Shown piece after piece: positions 58,357 to 64,000 of a stretch of 64,000 bases of DNA. The stretch comes from Clostridia bacterium (GTDB lineage Bacteria > Bacillota > Clostridia > Christensenellales > RUG350). The notes under the pieces were generated by a model. The model was not told the DNA's origin and ran no database searches. It saw nothing but the letters and a program-made list of their open reading frames with translations. Location of the stretch: NCBI GenBank assembly GCA_017631635.1, contig JAGBSX010000004.1, forward strand, positions 1,692 to 65,691, written 5' to 3'. Each line of letters begins with the position of its first letter. The stretch's first letter is position 1. A program made the position numbers and the translations under genes.

Positions 58357-59016
58357 TTATTTAGTCATTTTCTCTTGCTTGACCTTGTGGTCAATGACGT
58401 GGCGAGATGAGAGTTCTCTCCTGATATCCTCTAGCGATATGCCCATCTCTACCATCATCACCATCACGTGATAGCATAGGTCGGCTACTTCGTAGATAGT
58501 CTCAGCCTTATCGTTTGCCTTGCCTGCGATAATCACCTCGGTACACTCTTCGCCCACTTTTTTGAGTATCTTGTCTATGCCTTTCTTAAATAAATAAGTG
58601 GTATACGAGCCTTCTGGCAAAGTCTCCTTTCTACCTAGTAGCAAATCGTACAATCCGTCTAGCGAAAATTCGTTCTTATCTTCGTTGATATAAATCTTGT
58701 CATTAAAGCAAGACTCCGTACCCGTGTGGCAGGCAGGACCGTCCTTTTCCACCTCTACGACTAGTGCGTCTCTATCGCAATCGGCTGTGATAGATACCAC
58801 GTGTTGATAATTGCCACTAGTCTCTCCCTTTAGCCAAAGTTGTCCTCTAGAGCGACTAAAAAAGCAAGTTTTCTTTTGCTCCATAGTGATATTTAGGCTC
58901 TCTTCGTTCATATATGCGAGAGTTAGCACCTTTTTGCTCAATGCGTCTACTACTATAGCAGGTATCAAACCTTTTTCATCAAATTTCAAATCTTTAATCT
59001 CAATCACGATACTCAC
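58357..59016 (-). CDS. hisIE: bifunctional phosphoribosyl-AMP cyclohydrolase / phosphoribosyl-ATP pyrophosphatase
   Basis: LWLKGETSGN, DCDRDA, ACHTG, SYT and KKVGEE motifs. The start may be the GTG at 59007. Confidence 0.94.
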   Translation of the reverse strand: MSIVIEIKDLKFDEKGLIPAIVVDALSKKVLTLAYMNEESLNITMEQKKTCFFSRSRGQLWLKGETSGNYQHVVSITADCDRDALVVEVEKDGPACHTGTESCFNDKIYINEDKNEFSLDGLYDLLLGRKETLPEGSYTTYLFKKGIDKILKKVGEECTEVIIAGKANDKAETIYEVADLCYHVMVMMVEMGISLEDIRRELSSRHVIDHKVKQEKMTK

Positions 59017-59768
59017 CTTACATTTATATTTTGCCCTTTTAGTTTATTTTTCAAATCTCTGATACTCACTTCACCAAAGTGAAATATAGATGCTGCTAGC
59101 CCAGCGTCGATAGTGGGGACTTCTCTAAATAGGGTGATGAAATCCTCTATACTACCTGCGCCACCCGAGGCTATCACAGGCACGTTGACTATATCACACA
59201 CCTCTTTGAGTAGTGGTATATCAAAGCCCTTCTTCACTCCGTCGGTATCGATAGAGTTGACGACCACCTCGCCTGCGCCGTTTGACACGCATCTCTTTAT
59301 CCACTCTAGCGCATCAATCCCTGTATTTTCTCTACCACCTTTGGCAAATACGGTGTACTTACCCCCTACTCTCTTGACGTCTACGGATAGCACTACGCAT
59401 TGACTACCGTACTTCAATGCTCCATATCTCACGAGGTCTGGATTTTTGATAGCGCCCGAATTGACACTAACCTTGTCAGCGCCACACTTTAGCACTCTAT
59501 CAAAATCCTCGATAGTATTGATACCACCACCTACTGTCAAGGGGATAAAGACCTGCCTAGCGACCTCCGTTAGCACCTCGGTAAATAGTTTTCGACCGTC
59601 GCTACTAGCAGTTATGTCATAAAAGACCAATTCATCTGCGCCGTGGCTACTATAATATTTGCCTAGTTCGATAGGTGAATTGACGTCCTTTAGGTTGTCA
59701 AAATTAACTCCCTTGACCACCTTGCCGTCCTTGACGTCAAGGCAAGGGATTATTCTCTTGGTAATCAT
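59013..59768 (-). CDS. hisF: imidazole glycerol phosphate synthase subunit HisF
   Basis: RIIPCLDV, VVKGVNF and IASGGAG motifs. Confidence 0.95.
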   Translation of the reverse strand: MITKRIIPCLDVKDGKVVKGVNFDNLKDVNSPIELGKYYSSHGADELVFYDITASSDGRKLFTEVLTEVARQVFIPLTVGGGINTIEDFDRVLKCGADKVSVNSGAIKNPDLVRYGALKYGSQCVVLSVDVKRVGGKYTVFAKGGRENTGIDALEWIKRCVSNGAGEVVVNSIDTDGVKKGFDIPLLKEVCDIVNVPVIASGGAGSIEDFITLFREVPTIDAGLAASIFHFGEVSIRDLKNKLKGQNINVR

Positions 59769-60478
59769 CTCACTACCTCCAAAGCGTCCTCTAGTCTAAC
59801 AGCCCCTGTATAATACGCCTTGCCTATGATAGCGCCGTACAAGTTGAGAGCGTCTAGCGCAATCACATCCTCTATAGAGGACACTCCACCAGAGGCAGTT
59901 ATCTCTAGGTCATATCTCTCACTCAACTGCTTGTATAGGAGTCTATTAGTACCTTGCATAGCGCCGTCTTTGGAGATATCTGTGCAAATTATATATTTGA
60001 CACCGTAGGATTGCATCAAATTGCAAAACTCAAAGCAATCGTAATTTGACTTCTCCTCCCAACCTTTGATAGCCACGTATCCGTCTTTGACGTCTATACC
60101 TACGGCTATCTTATCTCCGTAGAGTTTTAGTGCCTCTAGCAAAAAGGTTTGGTCCACCACGGCAGCCGTACCCAATATAACTCGGTCTACACCTGCGTCG
60201 ATATATCTCTTAATAGTCTCTATACTCCTGATACCTCCACCTATCTCTACAAATAGGTCGGTATTCTTCGCTATTTGCTCTACTATCTCTAGATTTGGAG
60301 TAGTACCAAACTTCGCCCCCTCTAGGTCTACCACGTGTATATACTTCGCGCCAGCCTTCTCAAAATCTTTGGCTACGGCTAGAGGGTCTTCACTATACAC
60401 AGTCATCTTGGAGTAGTCGCCTTTGTAGAGTCTCACGACTTTTTTTTCATACAAATCTATAGCAGGAAAAATGTTCAT
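59765..60478 (-). CDS. hisA: ProFAR isomerase
   Basis: FPAIDL, HVVDLEGA, GGGIRS and TDISKDG motifs. Confidence 0.95.
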   Translation of the reverse strand: MNIFPAIDLYEKKVVRLYKGDYSKMTVYSEDPLAVAKDFEKAGAKYIHVVDLEGAKFGTTPNLEIVEQIAKNTDLFVEIGGGIRSIETIKRYIDAGVDRVILGTAAVVDQTFLLEALKLYGDKIAVGIDVKDGYVAIKGWEEKSNYDCFEFCNLMQSYGVKYIICTDISKDGAMQGTNRLLYKQLSERYDLEITASGGVSSIEDVIALDALNLYGAIIGKAYYTGAVRLEDALEVVR

Positions 60479-60492
60479 TTTCTCATCCTTTT

Positions 60493-61098
60493 TTAGTTAA
60501 TTTCGGCAAACGCTTTGAGGATTTTGAGACCTACGTCGCCACTTTTTTCGGGGTGAAATTGACACCCGTACACGTTGTCCTTTTGCACTATCGCCGTGAT
60601 AGGTATACCATAGTCGGTAGTAGCGACTAGAGACTCTTCACAGTCTATAGCGTGGTATGAGTGAACGAAATATACAAAATCATTTTCATTGATATACTTA
60701 AGTATTGGACTGTCCTTCTCAAATCGTAGACAATTCCAACCTATATGTGGGATTTTGTATTGTTGAGGTAGGTCAATATACACCACCTTGCCACCGACAA
60801 GCCCTAGTCCCTCGTGCTCGCCGTACTCATAACTCTTGTCAAATAGCATCTGCATACCTAGACAAACACCTAGTAGTGGCTTGCCTTTCTTGACTTCTTC
60901 GACTATTATCTTGTCTAGTCCACTCTCGTAGAGTTTTTGACTAGCGTCGCCAAAAGCACCTACACCTGGCAGTATCAATTTGTCTGCATTTCTTATCACG
61001 TCGGCGTCACTAGTGATGACTACCTCCTCTCCTATCGCGCCAAATGATGAGGTGAGAGAAAAGAGATTGCCTACGCCGTAATCTATAATGGCTATCAT
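60493..61098 (-). CDS. hisH: imidazole glycerol phosphate synthase glutaminase subunit HisH
   Basis: DYGVGNL, GVCLGMQ, FVHSY and QFHPEKS motifs. Confidence 0.95.
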   Translation of the reverse strand: MIAIIDYGVGNLFSLTSSFGAIGEEVVITSDADVIRNADKLILPGVGAFGDASQKLYESGLDKIIVEEVKKGKPLLGVCLGMQMLFDKSYEYGEHEGLGLVGGKVVYIDLPQQYKIPHIGWNCLRFEKDSPILKYINENDFVYFVHSYHAIDCEESLVATTDYGIPITAIVQKDNVYGCQFHPEKSGDVGLKILKAFAEIN

Positions 61099-61685
61099 CA
61101 AAGGACCCCTTTTGTAGATGGTATCTCATCAGCGAAATCTTTGTCGATAGCGACGGCAGTCTTTAGCGAACGAGCGAAAGACTTAAATGCACCCTCTACG
61201 ATATGGTGAGCATTAGTACCTGCCATCTTGACTACGTGCAAGGTAATACCTGCGTGACGCACAAATGCCAAAAAGAATTCTTCTACCAATTCTACAGGAA
61301 AATCTCCTATCTTGCTCGCTCTAGTAGGCAAGTCAAGTCGTAGATAACTGCGACCAGAGATATCTATCGCAGTCAATATCAAACTCTCATCCATAGGCAA
61401 AGTAGTAGTACCGTATCTCACTATACCCTTCATATCTCCTAGTGCTTTCTTGACGGCTTGACCTAGTACTATACCTACGTCCTCAACCGTGTGGTGATAA
61501 TCCACGTTGATATCACCCTGACACGATACCTTTAGGTCAAATCTAGCGTGGCGAGAGAACAACTCTAGCATATGGTCAAAAAATCCACAACCAGTATTTA
61601 TTTCACTAGCACCGCTACCATCTAGATTGATATAGAGATTGATATCAGTTTCTTTAGTTTTTCTTGATAAATTTATTTCTCTCAT
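61098..61685 (-). CDS. hisB: imidazoleglycerol-phosphate dehydratase
   Basis: RKTKET, DYHHTVED, NAHHIVE and PSTKG motifs. Confidence 0.95.
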   Translation of the reverse strand: MREINLSRKTKETDINLYINLDGSGASEINTGCGFFDHMLELFSRHARFDLKVSCQGDINVDYHHTVEDVGIVLGQAVKKALGDMKGIVRYGTTTLPMDESLILTAIDISGRSYLRLDLPTRASKIGDFPVELVEEFFLAFVRHAGITLHVVKMAGTNAHHIVEGAFKSFARSLKTAVAIDKDFADEIPSTKGVL

Positions 61686-62743
61686 TGTAGTTCTCCCAAT
61701 ATATTTTTTACTTTGCTTACAAATATTTGCATTTCTTGTATACTGCCGATAGTTATTCTAATATACTCGGCTATCCTGTCTTTGTCAAAATGCCTGATGA
61801 GGATACCGTTTTCTTTGAGTTTTAGATACAAGTCTTTGCCAGATATATCCTTGCTCTTGGCAAACACAAAGTTAGCCTGTGATGGTAGCACCTCAAATCC
61901 CAACTTCTCTAGTTCTACGGTAGTATATTCTCTATTTTTCTTTATAATCTCGGCGTTAGACTTGTAATACTCATCATCCTCTAGAGCATTTAACCCTGCG
62001 ATTTGTGTCAGAGTGTTGACGTTGTAGGGGTTGGTCGAATATTTTATCTTCTCCAAATCCAATATCAACTCTTCATCTGCTATCGCAAAGCCTAGTCTAG
62101 CACCTGCCATACTCCTTGACTTTGAGAAGGTATATACGCATATGAGATTTTTGTACATCTGTGTCAAATACTTCACGTCCGTGCCACCGAAGTCCACGTA
62201 TGCGTGGTCTACTACCACTACGCTATCACTATTGGTGGAGAGTATCTTCTCTAGTTCGACTACTGATATCTCTATGCCAGTAGGAGCATTTGGACTAGCG
62301 ATAACTATCAGTTGGTTGATACCACAAAATCTCTCGCTATCTAGCGAAAAGTCTTCTTTGAGAGGTATCACTCTACTCTTGAGACCGTACAATGATGCAA
62401 ATACACTATAAAATCCATAAGTGATATCTGCATAAGCGACACCTCGCTCACCATACGCCATAAATATAAAATTCAGTATCTCGTCAGAACCGTTGCCGAC
62501 AAAGACATTGGTGGACTTGGTATCATAAACTTGTGCTATTTTGTCCTTGAGCGCTTTGCAAGTAGGATCGCAGTACAACCTCAACGACTGCACGCTACTA
62601 TCATCTATAGCCTCCACCACCCTATCGCTAGGAGCGAAAGGTGATTCGTTGGTATTTAGTTTGATATAACTCCTATCCCTAGGTTGTTCTCCCGGGGTAT
62701 ATGCGTCCAACTTATCTATTTGGTTTTTTACATATCTACTCAT
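61682..62743 (-). CDS. hisC: histidinol-phosphate aminotransferase
   Basis: LNTNESP, GNGSDE and the PLP motif TFSKSRSMAGARLG. Confidence 0.93.
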   Translation of the reverse strand: MSRYVKNQIDKLDAYTPGEQPRDRSYIKLNTNESPFAPSDRVVEAIDDSSVQSLRLYCDPTCKALKDKIAQVYDTKSTNVFVGNGSDEILNFIFMAYGERGVAYADITYGFYSVFASLYGLKSRVIPLKEDFSLDSERFCGINQLIVIASPNAPTGIEISVVELEKILSTNSDSVVVVDHAYVDFGGTDVKYLTQMYKNLICVYTFSKSRSMAGARLGFAIADEELILDLEKIKYSTNPYNVNTLTQIAGLNALEDDEYYKSNAEIIKKNREYTTVELEKLGFEVLPSQANFVFAKSKDISGKDLYLKLKENGILIRHFDKDRIAEYIRITIGSIQEMQIFVSKVKNILGELQ

Positions 62744-62745
62744 TT

Positions 62746-64000
62746 TTAATCTTCAAACCTAATTTTCGCACTATTTGCATGTGCATCCAATCCTTCCTTT
62801 TTTGCAAAGTACACTACATCCTCGTACACCTCTGCTAGCGCTTCTTGGGTGTAATAGGTGTATTGTGTCTTCTTGATGAAGTCGTCTACCGATAGAGGGC
62901 TAGAAAATCTAGCAGTACCCGAGGTGGGTAGAGTGTGATTTGGTCCAGCGTAATAGTCCCCTAGCGCCTCTGGGCAATATCTACCCAAAAATACGCTACC
63001 TGCATTAGTTATCTTGTCTAGATATTCAAATGGATTGTTCACCATCAACTCTAGGTGCTCTGGAGCGATACGATTGCTCACCTCTATCACCTCTGACAAG
63101 TCTTTGGCTAGGATAATCTTGCCATTGACATCGATAGATACCCTCGCTATATCTCGTCTAGGTAGAGTCTCTAGTTGTCTCTCTATCTCGATTTGCACCT
63201 GTTCTGCTAGAGAGGTACTATCAGTCACCAATACTGCGCTAGCCATCTTGTCGTGCTCTGCTTGGGACAATAAGTCACTCGCGATATGTCTAGCATTTGA
63301 CCTCTCGTCAGCGATGATGAGTATCTCGCTAGGCCCTGCTATCATATCTATATTTACCTTGCCATACACCTGTCTCTTTGCCTCGGCAACGAAGGCGTTG
63401 CCAGGGCCTACTATCTTGTCTACCTTGGCTATCGTCTGCGTACCGTATGCTAGCGCGGCTATCGCTTGCGCTCCACCTACCTTGTACACTTTGTCTACAC
63501 CTGCTATAGAGGCTGCGACTAGGATATTTGGGTTGATTTTGCCTTGGCTATTTGGGGGAGTGGTTATACATATCTCACTACACCCTGCTATCTTGGCAGG
63601 TATGCTATCCATCAATACCGTAGATGGATATACTGCCGTGCCACCTGGGACGTAGAGACCTACTCTCTCGATAGGAGTTATCTTTTGACCTATTATCACT
63701 CCGTTTTCTTTCTTGATTTCAAAGCCCTCTCTCAACTGCTTGGAGTGAAATAGTTTGATATTTTCGCTAGCCTTTCGTAGTATCTCTACAAATTCGCTGT
63801 CTACTAGCGAAAATGCCTCTTCAAATTCTTCGCTAGTGACTATCAGACTATCTAATTGGCACTTGTCAAATTTTTCTGCATAATAGTATAGTGCTTGATC
63901 GCCGTTTTTGCTAACGTCCTCTATGATAGCCTTGACTACCTCCTCGACGTTGACGCTACTCTCCTCTCTAGCGAATATATCTTCTTTTAGTTTAGAATAA
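62746..64000 (-). CDS. hisD: histidinol dehydrogenase (start lies beyond the window end)
   Basis: YVPGG, IDMIAGPSE, SQAEHD and APEHLEL motifs. The frame stays open to the window edge. Confidence 0.95.
   Translation of the reverse strand, partial: YSKLKEDIFAREESSVNVEEVVKAIIEDVSKNGDQALYYYAEKFDKCQLDSLIVTSEEFEEAFSLVDSEFVEILRKASENIKLFHSKQLREGFEIKKENGVIIGQKITPIERVGLYVPGGTAVYPSTVLMDSIPAKIAGCSEICITTPPNSQGKINPNILVAASIAGVDKVYKVGGAQAIAALAYGTQTIAKVDKIVGPGNAFVAEAKRQVYGKVNIDMIAGPSEILIIADERSNARHIASDLLSQAEHDKMASAVLVTDSTSLAEQVQIEIERQLETLPRRDIARVSIDVNGKIILAKDLSEVIEVSNRIAPEHLELMVNNPFEYLDKITNAGSVFLGRYCPEALGDYYAGPNHTLPTSGTARFSSPLSVDDFIKKTQYTYYTQEALAEVYEDVVYFAKKEGLDAHANSAKIRFED

Overview
Chromosomal window from an anaerobic Bacillota (Clostridia-type; a Christensenellales-like gut lineage is only a guess). 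The core DNA is unusually rich in CTAG and TA. Most of it is housekeeping on the minus strand: a pyrimidine operon (pyrC-carB-pyrK-pyrD-pyrF-pyrE-pyrB) behind a PyrR-type attenuator, a purine operon (purE-C-F-M-N-purO-like-purH-glyA-purD-purL) behind a ZMP/ZTP riboswitch, groES/EL, pncB, galK, acpP, rlmL, two flavoproteins, gltX, a feoA-feoB-Cys-rich operon with a DtxR-family regulator, and most of the his operon. The main candidate for an undescribed system is at 25498-35022. It is an intact, translationally coupled ~9.5 kb podovirus-like virion-assembly operon: terminase large subunit, HTH-less small terminase, portal, scaffold, major capsid, adaptor/nozzle-like proteins and two holins. It has host-like composition and no integrase, repressor, replication genes, endolysin or att sites. 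It looks like a domesticated gene-transfer-agent (GTA)-like element, with a candidate activator gene nearby (35853-36359). An AT-rich defence island (about 36580-41920) lies at the 3' side of tRNA-Thr(CGT). It carries a CtkA/HipA-like kinase, a HipS-like protein fused to a resolvase tail, a GmrSD-type nuclease, a DUF1810 protein and a structured ncRNA candidate. Upstream of the tRNA are an interrupted partial tRNA copy and a degenerate tRNA-like element. I saw no rRNA, CRISPR array, integrase or transposase. All protein family calls come from recognising motifs by eye; no database search was run.
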